64,000 bases of DNA, from NCBI RefSeq assembly GCF_003334785.1, contig NZ_QOWV01000004.1, one strand, 5' to 3'. Every line of letters begins with the position of its first letter. The stretch's first letter is position 1. A model generated the notes under the pieces. The model saw only the letters and a list, made by a program, of their open reading frames with translations. It had not been told where the DNA came from and ran no database searches. A program made the translations under genes and the position numbers. This document shows, one piece after another, positions 25,411 through 37,941 of this stretch. The stretch comes from Escherichia coli (GTDB lineage Bacteria; Pseudomonadota; Gammaproteobacteria; Enterobacterales; Enterobacteriaceae).

Positions 25411-25774
25411 TCTCTGCCCCGTCGTTTCTGACGGCGGGGAAAATGTTGCTTATCCCTCTCAACCCCCTGCTTTCCCCTGCGATTAATTTAACGAATAGTG
25501 CGTTTTACTGCGACATGTCATTCACACAATGAATACATAAGGTAAAAAAAGCACATTATGCAAAATTCATTATCTAATTGAAAAAACTAGAATTAACGAT
25601 AAATAACCGTATTTTTAATTCTTTTTTGTTATTAAAATTCACATTTTTAACACTTAGTATCAACTGAAACAGTTAGCGCGGTATTAATTAGCTCAATAAT
25701 TAGTGTATACTTGATTTTGTGATATGGGTCACGAAACAAAGGCCCAGCTAAAAGATTATGTCGAGGTAAAAATC

Positions 25775-26038
25775 ATGAAAATCAAAACCACTGTTGCTGC
25801 ATTAAGCGTACTTTCTGTTCTCTCTTTCGGTGCATTCGCTGCCGACTCCATTGATGCTGCACAAGCACAAAATCGTGAAGCAATCGGGACCGTATCCGTA
25901 AGTGGTGTGGCGTCTTCGCCAATGGATATGCGTGAAATGCTGAACAAAAAAGCGGAAGAGAAAGGCGCAACGGCCTACCAGATTACTGAAGCTCGTAGCG
26001 GTGACACCTGGCACGCTACGGCTGAACTGTACAAATAA
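25775..26038 (+). CDS. yhcN: Small secreted stress protein YhcN (DUF1471/BhsA family), 87 aa
   Basis: Start trimmed to MKIKTTVAAL with GAGGT SD; signal peptide; C-terminal ...ATAELYK. Confidence 0.85.
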   Translation: MKIKTTVAALSVLSVLSFGAFAADSIDAAQAQNREAIGTVSVSGVASSPMDMREMLNKKAEEKGATAYQITEARSGDTWHATAELYK

Positions 26039-26065
26039 ACCCTCATCGTCTTGTCCGACGATATT

Positions 26066-26091
26066 GCCCCCGGTTCGGGGGCTTTTTTTTG
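26066..26091 (+). terminator. Intrinsic terminator after yhcN (GCCCCCGGTTCGGGGGC + T8)
   Basis: Perfect GC hairpin followed by 8 T read directly. Confidence 0.8.
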
Positions 26092-26093
26092 CG

Positions 26094-26366
26094 CTAATGA
26101 CGAACATTAAAACGCAAATGCCCTTCCAGCTCTTCCTCTGCCTCATCAAACAGCAATATTAACGCGCCAAAACGGCGACGCGTTTTCTCTCCCAGATGAA
26201 CAAATTCAATCTCAAGTGGTAGCGGCAGGACATCGTTCATTAACACATCCCATAGTGAGTCGAGATCGCGTACCTTATCTTTCGCCAGACCAAAGGTTTG
26301 GCTAAAGTCACGATAAAAATCCTCCTGACTCTCAATCTCATCAAAATCAAAGGTATAAATATTCAT
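26094..26366 (-). CDS. yhcO: Barstar-like (ribonuclease inhibitor family) protein, 90 aa
   Basis: 90-aa acidic ORF; family assignment from memory of YhcO; no adjacent nuclease gene. Confidence 0.8.
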   Translation of the reverse strand: MNIYTFDFDEIESQEDFYRDFSQTFGLAKDKVRDLDSLWDVLMNDVLPLPLEIEFVHLGEKTRRRFGALILLFDEAEEELEGHLRFNVRH

Positions 26367-26457
26367 CTGTTGCCACCGTCACGTTTCGCGGCGAGTTCTG
26401 CCGTGCATCGCTAAGTATAGCCATGAAAAAACCGACGCTTTTGGCGTCGGTTTTGAC

Positions 26458-28425
26458 TTAACTATCGGTCAACGCATGTTGATACTTATGGAGCATCCCC
26501 GCCAGCCGATTTACCGGTTCCGTCACCTGCGGTGGCGCTTGCCAGATGCGTAGCTTTTCCTGGTAGATTTCCAGTTCTTCCAGCAACTGGCCAAAGTACC
26601 GACGACGTTTATCATCGCTACGGGCAGATATCACATGGTCTGCTGTGCGGCGCATTTGTCGGTGAAACGCCGATAAATCCTCGTTAACCGGGATCGGTGC
26701 ATCACGCAGGCGCTGGTGCGCGATAATCATCGTCAGCGCCAGGCGAAATTTCGGCAAATCCCCTGGGAACTTATTCATCAGCAAAAACAGCTGCTGATAA
26801 AGTGCCGGGAGGTGGTTCTCTTTACGACGTGCCACATTGGTAGTCATCGCGGAAACAGCGGCAGAAACAAACTGATTAAGCAGTACACGTCCGGTCCTGT
26901 CGCGCGATTTATCCCGCACCAGCAAAATAACGGTGAACGCGAGCACACAGCCGACGATTTGCCCTAATGCGCTGTCGAGAAACTGACTGAAATGGAAAGT
27001 CATCGGGTTATCCAGCACGATAATATTTATGGTGCTGGCCAGTGCCCCCATCGAGCCCAGTCGCCGTTTCTGTACTTCTATACCGAGGAAGAATCCCAGC
27101 ACTGCCAGGCTAATGCACAGCAGCAACATGCTCTGTTGGGTATTAGGGATAATCACCAAAAAGTAGAGCAGCCCTAACGGCAGCGCGGCCAGCGTCCCGT
27201 AGATAAAGTCGATCGCCACCATGCGTGGATTCGGCAAACGCATTGCCAGTGACGTCACTACCGCAATCATCACCATTGCACCACTGCCGGAAGTCCAGCC
27301 CGTCCACAGCCAGAAAAGCGTGCCCAGAATGCAGGAAAGTGTGGTTCGCCAGAAGTTAACCATTGCATGATGACGTTCGGCTGACTCTACTTTTACTTCC
27401 GGTTCGCCTTGCAGGATCTCTTCTTCGGTGGCGTTGATTTTTGTGTTACTGATAACGCCGCGCTTGAGAAGCTGATAACGCGTTGCCGCCGCGACCCAGC
27501 TATAAATGGTGACAGGCGTTTCCCGTTCCCCGGTCCAGGCGATAACTCTCCGCAGGCGTTTGAGCTGCTTGTGGACGTCCTGCGCGGTTTCTACCGGCGT
27601 GTCAAAAAATTCGCGGAAAGTATCAGTGATCAATTCCGGGCGCGTATTCTGAATAAGATAAGTTTCGCAGGATTGGGTAATCAGCGTCAGCGATAGCGTA
27701 TTGATCGCTTTTAAACGTCGATTGGCCCGCGCCCAGCGGGAAGATTCCATATTCAGGTTGCTGCGCATGCCTTGTAGCGCCGTGGTGCGTCGCACCAGGT
27801 CGCCCCAGGCTTTATCGACAACTTCACCATCGCCATGCTTGATACAGAGTTGCATTAATTGATATTGCGCGACCAGCAAACTTTCCAGCTCTCGATCCAC
27901 TTCTTGTTTGATCGATCGCGGAGAAAAGAGCAAATCCGCCATAATCGCACACACAATACCGATAACGATCTCGCTACAACGTTCGACGGCAAACTGCGGC
28001 GTAAGCAATGGTTCCGGCTGAATGGTGATCACAATGATCAGCGCGGTATAACCGGCCAGCCCCCACGCATACGAGTTTTCTATTCGTACCAGCGAGGATA
28101 TCCAGGTACAAAAACCGGCCCAGATACAGCACACCAGAATCATCAATAATGGTGCGCGGATCATCGCAATGATGATCACCAGTCCGGCAATACAGCCAAT
28201 AAATGTGCCGATGATGCGCAAAAAGCCACGATAGCGAATAGCGCCAGAATACGGTTCACCTCCCGCAGCAAAGGCCGGACCGGCGGCAACAATCGCCGCT
28301 GTCAGTACCGCCCAGCGTGGCGTTTCCAGCTGGAAGTGAAAGCCAACAAACAGCGCCAGTACAATGGCGGTCGCCAGTTTTACCGCAAAGCGAATATGTT
28401 GGTTAGCAATGGAGAAAATACCCAT
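26458..28425 (-). CDS. aaeB: Aromatic carboxylic acid efflux pump subunit AaeB, 655 aa
   Basis: Large polytopic membrane ORF downstream of aaeA. Confidence 0.9.
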   Translation of the reverse strand: MGIFSIANQHIRFAVKLATAIVLALFVGFHFQLETPRWAVLTAAIVAAGPAFAAGGEPYSGAIRYRGFLRIIGTFIGCIAGLVIIIAMIRAPLLMILVCCIWAGFCTWISSLVRIENSYAWGLAGYTALIIVITIQPEPLLTPQFAVERCSEIVIGIVCAIMADLLFSPRSIKQEVDRELESLLVAQYQLMQLCIKHGDGEVVDKAWGDLVRRTTALQGMRSNLNMESSRWARANRRLKAINTLSLTLITQSCETYLIQNTRPELITDTFREFFDTPVETAQDVHKQLKRLRRVIAWTGERETPVTIYSWVAAATRYQLLKRGVISNTKINATEEEILQGEPEVKVESAERHHAMVNFWRTTLSCILGTLFWLWTGWTSGSGAMVMIAVVTSLAMRLPNPRMVAIDFIYGTLAALPLGLLYFLVIIPNTQQSMLLLCISLAVLGFFLGIEVQKRRLGSMGALASTINIIVLDNPMTFHFSQFLDSALGQIVGCVLAFTVILLVRDKSRDRTGRVLLNQFVSAAVSAMTTNVARRKENHLPALYQQLFLLMNKFPGDLPKFRLALTMIIAHQRLRDAPIPVNEDLSAFHRQMRRTADHVISARSDDKRRRYFGQLLEELEIYQEKLRIWQAPPQVTEPVNRLAGMLHKYQHALTDS

Positions 28426-28430
28426 CGTGA

Positions 28431-29363
28431 TTAACCAAACTCACGCAGGCGATGGGCCATTTTACGGAAGAACGAATCCTGGCTTTCGTCGCGATCTTGT
28501 TTGCCAGTGACCACCACTGTAGCAGTGGTGCCCGCAGGCCAGATGTTCTCTTGCTGGTTGTCGAGACGAATACGAACCGGAACACGTTGCGCAAGACGCA
28601 CCCATTCAAGGTTAGAGTCTATAGTCGCCATCCCTTTGTCGTCACGCGTGCTGCTGGCGTTGGTGACCCCTGCGGCAACACTATCAACAGTCCCTTTCAG
28701 CACTTTGTTACTGCCAAGCGGCGTGATCTCTGCACGATACCCCGGACGCACCCCTTCCAGCTTAGTTTCTTCCATATAGGCCAGTACATAGAAGGAGTTC
28801 TGTTTCACCAGCGCAACCGCCGTTGATCCTCGAGTAATAAACTCACCGGTATAGACGTTGAGGTTGGTCACCCAGCCATCTGCTGGCGCGCGGATCACCG
28901 TGCGTTCAAGATCCAGTTTTGCCAGATCGCGGGTCGCCTGCGCTTTCGCTAACTGATGCAGAACCGTTTGTAGTACGTTGTTGGCCTGGTCGATCTCTTC
29001 GCGAGACATCGCCTGCACACCGAGACGGTTACGACGTCCGGCCTCCTGGCGTTTCTCCTGTGCCAGTACCTGATAATAAGCAACATCGGCTTGCGCTTCC
29101 TCAAGCGCCTTTTGATAGCGCGGCTGGTCGATGGTGAACAGTATCTGTCCTTTTTTCACCAGCTGGTTATCATGAACATTCACCTGGGTAATGAGTCCAG
29201 AAACGTCCGGCGCGATCGCAACGACGTCAGCGCTAAAGCGCGCGTCACGCGTCCAGGGGGATTCGGTGTAATAGACCCAGGCATTAAAAATTGCGATGAA
29301 GGCCAGAATGACTAATACGACCGTGATGGCCGTACGGGAGAATTTTCTTATTAGTGTTTTCAC
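28431..29363 (-). CDS. aaeA: Efflux pump membrane-fusion subunit AaeA, 310 aa
   Basis: N-terminal TM anchor plus HlyD-like periplasmic region. Confidence 0.9.
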
Positions 29364-29370
29364 TTCAACC

Positions 29371-29574
29371 TCAAACGAACAGTCGCGATATCAAATAAAA
29401 CAAGCAGCAATAGAGCGCGGTGTTGAACAACGCCGGATGCCAGACAAAGTCGTAGATACCTGTTGGCACAAGTACCCGGCGCACCAGCCAGAAAATCGCC
29501 AGTGATAAAAGCAATTCAAAAAATATCGGTGGGAAGGACAGCCCAAACACCACGATAACGGGAAACAGACTCAT
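29371..29574 (-). CDS. aaeX: Small membrane protein AaeX, 67 aa
   Basis: Start trimmed to [16 protein letters not shown]; two hydrophobic helices; operon-leading position. Confidence 0.8.
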
Positions 29575-29756
29575 GTTGACCTTGGTTGTAAAGAGAGAGC
29601 AGGCGTTATTATTTTCAGCATCTGTCGCCGCAGAGAAGGGCATGGAAAGCCGGGCGAGAGCAACATTGCTGTAGATTGATATTTAATATATTAGCGTAAC
29701 TGTTATGCTGTTATCTATATTATGTGATCTAAATCACTTTTAAGTCAGAGTGAATA

Positions 29757-30686
29757 ATGGAACGACTAAAACGCATGTCGGTGTTTGCCAAAGTAGTTGA
29801 ATTTGGCTCTTTTACCGCCGCCGCCAGACAGCTACAGATGAGCGTTTCGTCCATCAGTCAGACGGTATCAAAACTGGAAGATGAGTTGCAGGTAAAGCTG
29901 TTAAACCGTAGCACACGCAGCATTGGCCTGACCGAAGCCGGTAGAATTTACTACCAGGGCTGCCGTCGTATGCTTCATGAAGTGCAGGATGTTCATGAGC
30001 AACTGTATGCCTTCAATAACACCCCCATCGGGACGCTACGCATTGGCTGTTCTTCAACTATGGCACAAAATGTTCTCGCCGGGCTGACAGCCAAAATGCT
30101 GAAAGAATACCCAGGTTTGAGCGTCAATCTGGTTACCGGAATTCCAGCCCCCGACCTGATTGCCGACGGTCTGGATGTGGTGATCCGCGTCGGCGCGTTG
30201 CAGGATTCCAGCCTGTTTTCCCGCCGTCTGGGCGCGATGCCAATGGTGGTGTGCGCCGCGAAAAGCTATCTCACACAATACGGCATACCGGAAAAACCCG
30301 CCGATTTGAGTAGTCATTCATGGCTTGAATACAGCGTGCGGCCCGACAATGAATTTGAACTGATCGCACCGGAAGGGATCTCGACTCGCCTGATCCCACA
30401 AGGAAGATTTGTGACTAATGATCCGATGACGCTGGTGCGCTGGCTGACGGCGGGTGCCGGGATCGCCTACGTGCCGCTGATGTGGGTGATCAACGAGATC
30501 AATCGTGGGGAGCTGGAGATCCTGCTGCCGCGTTACCAGTCAGATCCACGCCCGGTTTATGCGTTATATACCGAAAAAGATAAGCTGCCGCTGAAGGTAC
30601 AGGTCGTGATCAACTCGCTGACGGATTATTTTGTTGAGGTCGGTAAATTGTTTCAGGAGATGCACGGGCGCGGGAAAGAGAAGTAA
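29757..30686 (+). CDS. aaeR: LysR-type transcriptional activator of aaeXAB, 309 aa
   Basis: N-terminal HTH (FTAAARQLQMSVSSISQTVSKLE) typical of LysR; divergent from aaeX. Confidence 0.9.
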   Translation: MERLKRMSVFAKVVEFGSFTAAARQLQMSVSSISQTVSKLEDELQVKLLNRSTRSIGLTEAGRIYYQGCRRMLHEVQDVHEQLYAFNNTPIGTLRIGCSSTMAQNVLAGLTAKMLKEYPGLSVNLVTGIPAPDLIADGLDVVIRVGALQDSSLFSRRLGAMPMVVCAAKSYLTQYGIPEKPADLSSHSWLEYSVRPDNEFELIAPEGISTRLIPQGRFVTNDPMTLVRWLTAGAGIAYVPLMWVINEINRGELEILLPRYQSDPRPVYALYTEKDKLPLKVQVVINSLTDYFVEVGKLFQEMHGRGKEK

Positions 30687-30724
30687 TTCATATTGTACTG
30701 TTACGTTGTACAAACCTGTGCCAA

Positions 30725-30780
30725 CGGGTTCCCCTCACCCTAACCCTCACCCCAAAGGGGCGAGGGGACCGTTCGTGCAC
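30725..30780. repeat. Box C-like GC-rich intergenic repeat
   Basis: GTTCCCCTCACCCTAACCCTCACCCCAAAGGGGCGAGGGGACCG read directly; resembles my recollection of the Box C family. Confidence 0.4.
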
Positions 30781-30819
30781 GTAGAAAGATTAATTATCCT
30801 TCTGAAAATAGTGAAATTA

Positions 30820-32280
<1,461 letters not shown>

Positions 32281-32309
32281 TTAGTTACTGCAGTAGAGGA
32301 TTTTTTACG

Positions 32310-32535
32310 GCTGCCGGATGCGGCGTGAACGCCCTATCCAGCCTACGGTTATGTTCCGGTTTGTAGGCCTGATAAGACGCACAGCGTCGCATCAGGCAAC
32401 GGCTGTCGGATGCGGCGTAAACGCCTTATCCGACCTACGGTTATGTTCCGTTTGTAGGCCTGATAAGACGCACAGCGTCGCATCAGGCAACGGCTGCCGG
32501 ATGCGGCGTGAACGCCCTATCCGACCTACGGTTAT
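32310..32535. repeat. BIME: cluster of about five REP palindromic units
   Basis: Alternating GCCGGATGCGGCGTGAACGCCTTATCCGGCCTAC-type and TGTAGGCCTGATAAGACGC...GCATCAGGCA-type units read directly. Confidence 0.85.
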
Positions 32536-32603
32536 GTTCTGGCTCGTTGGCCTTTGGCAACGATTATCCTATGAGATTGGGGCAATTACGCGCCCTCGTC
32601 AAA

Positions 32604-35600
32604 TCATTGCGCTTTTTCTTTACGCGGTTGGCGCAACACTTCGTTGATTTGCGGATCGTCCAGCGGACCCGAAATGTGATAGCGCAAAATGGAGACTTTG
32701 CTCCACAGCGGCCCCAGCACTTTACTGGCGGCAAACACTGCCGCGCCAACAATGGGGTTAACCGCAAAAGCCGCAGCCACGCCCACCGTCGCAGAAATCT
32801 CTGGTGCGACAACCGCTTCCATATTCAGGTCGCGACGTACCAGATTTACCGACCCTTTCATGGCGATATCCGCCTCCAGGCCATCCACCAGCGTGTCGTC
32901 GGTGTGCATAACGCCGTCTTTAATCCACGCGGTGCTGCGAATGGAGTCAAAATAGAACCCTTCGCCAAAAGTGTCTCTGAAATCAAAACGCAGCTTACGC
33001 ATCAGGGCATCTACGCTCAATAAGCGCAGCAATTGCCCGGCATGTCCGGTATTGATTTCGGTAATTTCGCCTTTACCCAGTTGAGTATGAATGATGCCAT
33101 TCAACGTCGCTTCATCTGGCTGCCAGGGTGCTTTGCGCCAGTGTAAATCGTAATCCACATTAAATGACGACTGGCGTATGGGCGTCGTGACACCAAAAAA
33201 TTCTGCGGCGGCATCAATTTTCTGCCCGCGCAGTTTTCCTTTCAGCGAGGTACGTTCATTCCCCGGATTATTAACCCATTCACCATCGGCAGTAAGCCGC
33301 GAGAAACCAGTATCAATCAGTCCATTGGTCAGCGTTAACGTATCGCCAGAAATGGTGATATCACTGTCAATGCGACCGAATTTTTGCCCCCAGAACCAGC
33401 ACTCTGTGCATCGTATTTGGGCGTCCGGCCAGCCACGGAAGTTAATGCGCTCCGTTGTCGGGAAAGGTGATGACGGCGTTGAATCACCACGAGTTTTCGC
33501 CACGCTCGGGTTGTAATAAAGATATTTGATATTCGCCAGCCACGGCGCGTTATTACGCATCGCTAGCGTGGCGTTGATTTCACGCCCTTGCGCTTCAACC
33601 AGGGTGCCATTTGCCGTCGGTTGCGAAACAATACTCAGGTTATTCCATTGCTGATTTCCCAGTGACAACATAGGCGTACGTAACGTTATGTGTTGTGGGA
33701 AACTCGCTGCACCACCGACACTCTCCGCAGCGCCTTTCTGGAACAGGGCCAGCCACTCGGCACCATTCATCGGCGGCATATTGAGTTCAACGCCACTTTG
33801 TTCCGGCAACGGCGGGAGCGTTTTACTGTCTGCCGCCCAAATAGCACGATCGAGCGTCAGCTTTTGACCGAGCAACCAGCGGCTATTGAAATGATTATCC
33901 GCACCAGCCTGTCCGGTTAATTCAAAGCTGTTGAGATTGCCATCAACCTTAACGTTTACCGCTAGTGGTTCACCCGCAGGTTTGGCTAACGGTGAAGGTA
34001 AGTGACTGCTCACATTCTTTAGATCGCCGTTCAGCTCTATGTTATAGGTCGCACCAGCATGATAAGGCAGATCAATGCCCACTTTACCATCCCACGCCAC
34101 GCTGCCACTCAATGCTTCGTTCACCGCTTCAGGCAGAACGCCGGTTTTCGCCGGTTGCCAGTTACCGTTGAGGTTTACCGCTACCTGGTAGGCTTTTGCC
34201 CCTTCTTTGGTGGAAAAATCCACGTTCAACGGCTGATTAAACCAGCTTGCTGTCAGTGGTTCACTTTGCAGATCGCTATTGATAAAGCTGAATTTACCGC
34301 TCAAATTTTTCAGGGTGCTGTCGAGTGGTTTGATAAACAGACTGTTATTACGCAGCGTCACTTCACCTTTCGCGGTTACCAGTTCGCCGTTCAGCGGGAT
34401 ATCAAGATGTAAGCGAGCATTCACATCGCCGTCGAGCTGGAGTTCTTGCAGGGTCGCACCCAGAGAATCTTTCAGCGGTGTCTCATCAAAGTAAGGGCCA
34501 ACGGCTTTACCCGGACCTTTAATGTCAGCGTCAATCAGCAGTTTTTCTTTTGAGTAGTCAGGGATCACTGCGGTAAGATTACTCGCGCGCACGCCGCCCA
34601 GATTAACGCCATCGGTTTTCATCCATAAACCGTCGTTAATAAAGTCCAGTTCAATATCAAGGTTAGTTAATGCAGGCCAGTCCGGCTGGAAGGCAAACTT
34701 CGCGTTGCGCAGCGGCACCAGCACTTCAAACTGACCTTCGTTGTGTTTATAGGGGAAGAGTTGCGGATTGCCACCATAAACCAGCGTCGCGTTATCCGCT
34801 TCACCGCCCTGAATCGCGCCACTTAAGTAATCAACCAGGTCTTTACCCATCAAGTTTTCCGGGAAATAGCGCCAGGCTTGTGAACCATCATCGGTACTGA
34901 TGCCAGCCAGAATACCCAGCCAGGGTTCATCGTTAGCAGGTTGCAGGTAACGAAAACCGCCGCGCGCATGGACGGCTTTGGCTTTAACGTCAATATTACG
35001 CCCATCCAGCTGGAAACCTTTGTTATTGTTCAGCCAGCTTATAGTTGCCTGGCCGTCGGCGATTTCTAGTGGCGCACGGAATACCGTTTCGTAAGGCATC
35101 TTTGCCTGCTTCATCGACGCGGTAAGCAAACCATTTTCAACGCTGCCGGAAAGCGTCCCGGAGAAGTGTTCCGCACCCGGTAATAATTTCCATTGCTTCC
35201 AGGCCAGATCGCTCCACGATGCCTGAAAACGGGTCTTGTCTGCCGCCTGAAGCGGGATATCCAGCGCCAGAGTGTTAATCTTGCCGCTCGGTTGTGTGGA
35301 GCGCCAAACATCACCCAGTGCAGGTGAAAGTTTCGCGGCCAGCGGGCGTATGCCCTCCAGGCCTGCCAGCTCCAGATTACTGGCGCGAATCCGGAGTTCG
35401 TCACTGCGTTTATTGTCTTTGCCGCCAACGTCCTGTTCCGGTATCCAGGCCAGCGTCAATGCTCCGCTCGGCCAGGGTTTGCCGTCCATCGTGATCCGTG
35501 TATCGGGAATAGAGAACTGCCAGCCCGGATTTTCACGCGTAATATGCGCGGTCAGATTATCCACCGACAGCGTATGCGTTTGCTTCTCGCCCAACCAGCT

Positions 35601-36404
35601 GGCACCGCCCTGTTTCAGCCAGACGTCACCGCCGGTTACATCGCCTTTGTCGATCGTCATCCAGCCTTCAAGGGAGAACTGTGCCGTTTCCAGCGCAATA
35701 TTGTCCTGCATCCATTTACCGAGCCACGGCTTCAGGTCGATGTCATCCGCCTGGAGCCAGACGCGACCATTGCTTAACAACCCCTCATCATCGCGCAAAT
35801 CCATGCGCACCTGCATCACGCCGTGCTGTCCGGTAAGGCTGGAGAGGCTTACCAGGCCTTCCGCACGGTGTCGACGTGGATCGTTCAGCCAGGTGAGTTG
35901 TGGGATCGCCAGCTCGGCGCGCTGACCGGATGGCGTCAGGAAACTGACTTCACTGTCGCGAAGATCGAAATGGTCAAATTGACGAAGAAACAGATCGCTG
36001 ATGTGACTGGCTTCCAGACTGTCATCACTACCACCGCTGGTGATAGGAGTGTTGGTGCGAAAGCGCAGCTGCCAGAAAGTGAGGTCGCGAAACTGCCAGC
36101 GCATATGTAACAGGCTCTGCCAGACATCCAGCGCCAGAGTAACGCGTTTAACCGAAAATTCGCCGCCATCTTTTAGTTCTGCACGGATGTCGTGTGCTTC
36201 AAGCGTCGGGCCAAAATTCTGCCAGCTGGCTGAGAGCTGACTGGCTTCTACCGGCATGCCAGTCGCGGATTCTATTTTGTTGAGGATTTCCGGACGCCAG
36301 GCGTCAAGATGCGGTAAAGCAATACGCAGGCCGCTAACCAGCAGGGCAGCGATCACAACGAGCGCGGCTCCAGTAAGCAGTAAAATCCCCGGCAATCGCC
36401 TCAC
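32604..36404 (-). CDS. yhdP: AsmA-like inner-membrane-anchored envelope protein YhdP, 1266 aa
   Basis: Very large ORF with single N-terminal TM segment. Confidence 0.9.
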   Translation of the reverse strand: MRRLPGILLLTGAALVVIAALLVSGLRIALPHLDAWRPEILNKIESATGMPVEASQLSASWQNFGPTLEAHDIRAELKDGGEFSVKRVTLALDVWQSLLHMRWQFRDLTFWQLRFRTNTPITSGGSDDSLEASHISDLFLRQFDHFDLRDSEVSFLTPSGQRAELAIPQLTWLNDPRRHRAEGLVSLSSLTGQHGVMQVRMDLRDDEGLLSNGRVWLQADDIDLKPWLGKWMQDNIALETAQFSLEGWMTIDKGDVTGGDVWLKQGGASWLGEKQTHTLSVDNLTAHITRENPGWQFSIPDTRITMDGKPWPSGALTLAWIPEQDVGGKDNKRSDELRIRASNLELAGLEGIRPLAAKLSPALGDVWRSTQPSGKINTLALDIPLQAADKTRFQASWSDLAWKQWKLLPGAEHFSGTLSGSVENGLLTASMKQAKMPYETVFRAPLEIADGQATISWLNNNKGFQLDGRNIDVKAKAVHARGGFRYLQPANDEPWLGILAGISTDDGSQAWRYFPENLMGKDLVDYLSGAIQGGEADNATLVYGGNPQLFPYKHNEGQFEVLVPLRNAKFAFQPDWPALTNLDIELDFINDGLWMKTDGVNLGGVRASNLTAVIPDYSKEKLLIDADIKGPGKAVGPYFDETPLKDSLGATLQELQLDGDVNARLHLDIPLNGELVTAKGEVTLRNNSLFIKPLDSTLKNLSGKFSFINSDLQSEPLTASWFNQPLNVDFSTKEGAKAYQVAVNLNGNWQPAKTGVLPEAVNEALSGSVAWDGKVGIDLPYHAGATYNIELNGDLKNVSSHLPSPLAKPAGEPLAVNVKVDGNLNSFELTGQAGADNHFNSRWLLGQKLTLDRAIWAADSKTLPPLPEQSGVELNMPPMNGAEWLALFQKGAAESVGGAASFPQHITLRTPMLSLGNQQWNNLSIVSQPTANGTLVEAQGREINATLAMRNNAPWLANIKYLYYNPSVAKTRGDSTPSSPFPTTERINFRGWPDAQIRCTECWFWGQKFGRIDSDITISGDTLTLTNGLIDTGFSRLTADGEWVNNPGNERTSLKGKLRGQKIDAAAEFFGVTTPIRQSSFNVDYDLHWRKAPWQPDEATLNGIIHTQLGKGEITEINTGHAGQLLRLLSVDALMRKLRFDFRDTFGEGFYFDSIRSTAWIKDGVMHTDDTLVDGLEADIAMKGSVNLVRRDLNMEAVVAPEISATVGVAAAFAVNPIVGAAVFAASKVLGPLWSKVSILRYHISGPLDDPQINEVLRQPRKEKAQ

Positions 36405-36471
36405 CCGTCACTCCTTGTCTGCTAAAAATGTGACTCAAAAACCCTTTGCCGGATGGCGGCCCAGCATCTGT

Positions 36472-37941
36472 TTACATCATTACGACGTCAAACTGCTCCT
36501 GGTTATAGAGCGGTTCAATTTGTACTTTAACCTGTTTGCCAACGAAAATTTCCACTTCCGCCAGCGAGTGTGACTCTTCGCCTTTCAAGGCTTCAGCTAC
36601 TGCCGGAGAAGCATAGACCAGGAAACGGTCGGAGTCGTAAGCATGGTGGACACGAACAATCTCGCGCATGATTTCATAGCATACCGTTTCCACGGTTTTC
36701 ACCGTTCCGCGACCGTGGCAGGTTGGGCATTCGTTACACAGTACGTGCTCAATGCTTTCGCGGGTGCGTTTACGCGTCATCTCCACCAGCCCCAGCGCCG
36801 AAAAACCATTAACGCTGGTTTTCACCCGGTCTTTGCTCAACGCCTGCTCCAGCGAGTGCAGCACTCGGCGGCGGTGATCTTCATTATTCATATCGATGAA
36901 ATCAATAATGATAATCCCGCCCAGATTACGCAACCGTAACTGGCGAGCGATAGCCTGCGTCGCTTCAATATTGGTATTGAAAATGGTGTCGTCCAGATTG
37001 CGATGACCGACAAACGCTCCGGTATTGATGTCCACGGTGGTCATCGCTTCGGTCTGGTCGATAATGAGATAACCACCGGATTTCAGTTCTACTTTGCGTT
37101 CCAGCGCTCGCTGGATTTCGTTTTCGACATCAAAGAGATCGAAAATCGGCTGGCGTCCTGTGTAATGCTCCAGCTTGCTTGTCATCTCGGGAATGTACTC
37201 CGAGGTGAACTCAAGTAACGCTTCGTAAGTCAGGCGTGAGTCAACGCGAATGCGGTCCAGTTCGGCATCGGCGAAATCACGCAGAACACGCTGCGCCAGC
37301 GCCAGTTCGCCGTACAGCTGATAACGGGTCTGCGGGCGTTTTTTACGCTCCATAACTTTGGTCCAGACGCGTTTCAGATAAGCGGCATCGGAGGCCAGTT
37401 CAGCCTCGCCAACCCCTTCCGCTGCGGTACGGATGATAAACCCGCCCTGCTCGTCGCAATACTCTGCGACCACTTTTTTCAGGCGTTCACGTTCTGATTC
37501 GCTTTCAATACGTTGGGAAACCCCAACGTGAGAAGCCCCTGGCATAAACACCAGATAGCGAGAAGGGAGCGTGATATCGGTGGTCAGGCGCGCACCTTTA
37601 GTGCCAAGCGGATCTTTCACCACCTGCACCATCAGATCTTGCCCCTGACGAACCAGTTCCGAGATGTCGCGCACCGTGAATTGCTTTTGTTCTTCACCCG
37701 CCACACATTCGGTGTGCGGCATGATGTCGGATGCATGAAGAAACGCGGCTTTATCCAGCCCAATATCTACAAAAGCCGCCTGCATACCCGGAAGTACACG
37801 ACTTACACGACCCTTGTAGATATTGCCTACTATTCCGCGTCGCGCCTCACGTTCAATATGAATTTCCTGCAGAATACCGCCATCAATATACGCCACTCGC
37901 GTTTCCGAAGGCGTTACGTTTACTAACAATTCAGCCGTCAT
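36472..37941 (-). CDS. rng: Ribonuclease G, 489 aa
   Basis: Start trimmed to [22 protein letters not shown]; S1 domain and RNase E/G catalytic region. Confidence 0.9.

Noticed and set aside
25418-25445. Hairpin CCCCGTCGTTTCTGACGGCGGGG after argR as an intrinsic terminator
   Set aside because: Followed by AAAATG rather than a U-tract; could be an RNA-stabilising stem, but evidence is insufficient to call a terminator.
32310-32535. Possible CRISPR array (regularly spaced repeats)
   Set aside because: Units are imperfect palindromes in alternating orientation typical of REP/BIME, spacers are not unique-length, and no cas genes are present.
32318-33023. ORFs (109 aa and 171 aa) spanning the REP cluster and yhdP 3' end
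   Set aside because: The first is generated by the repeated REP units; the second is antisense to yhdP.
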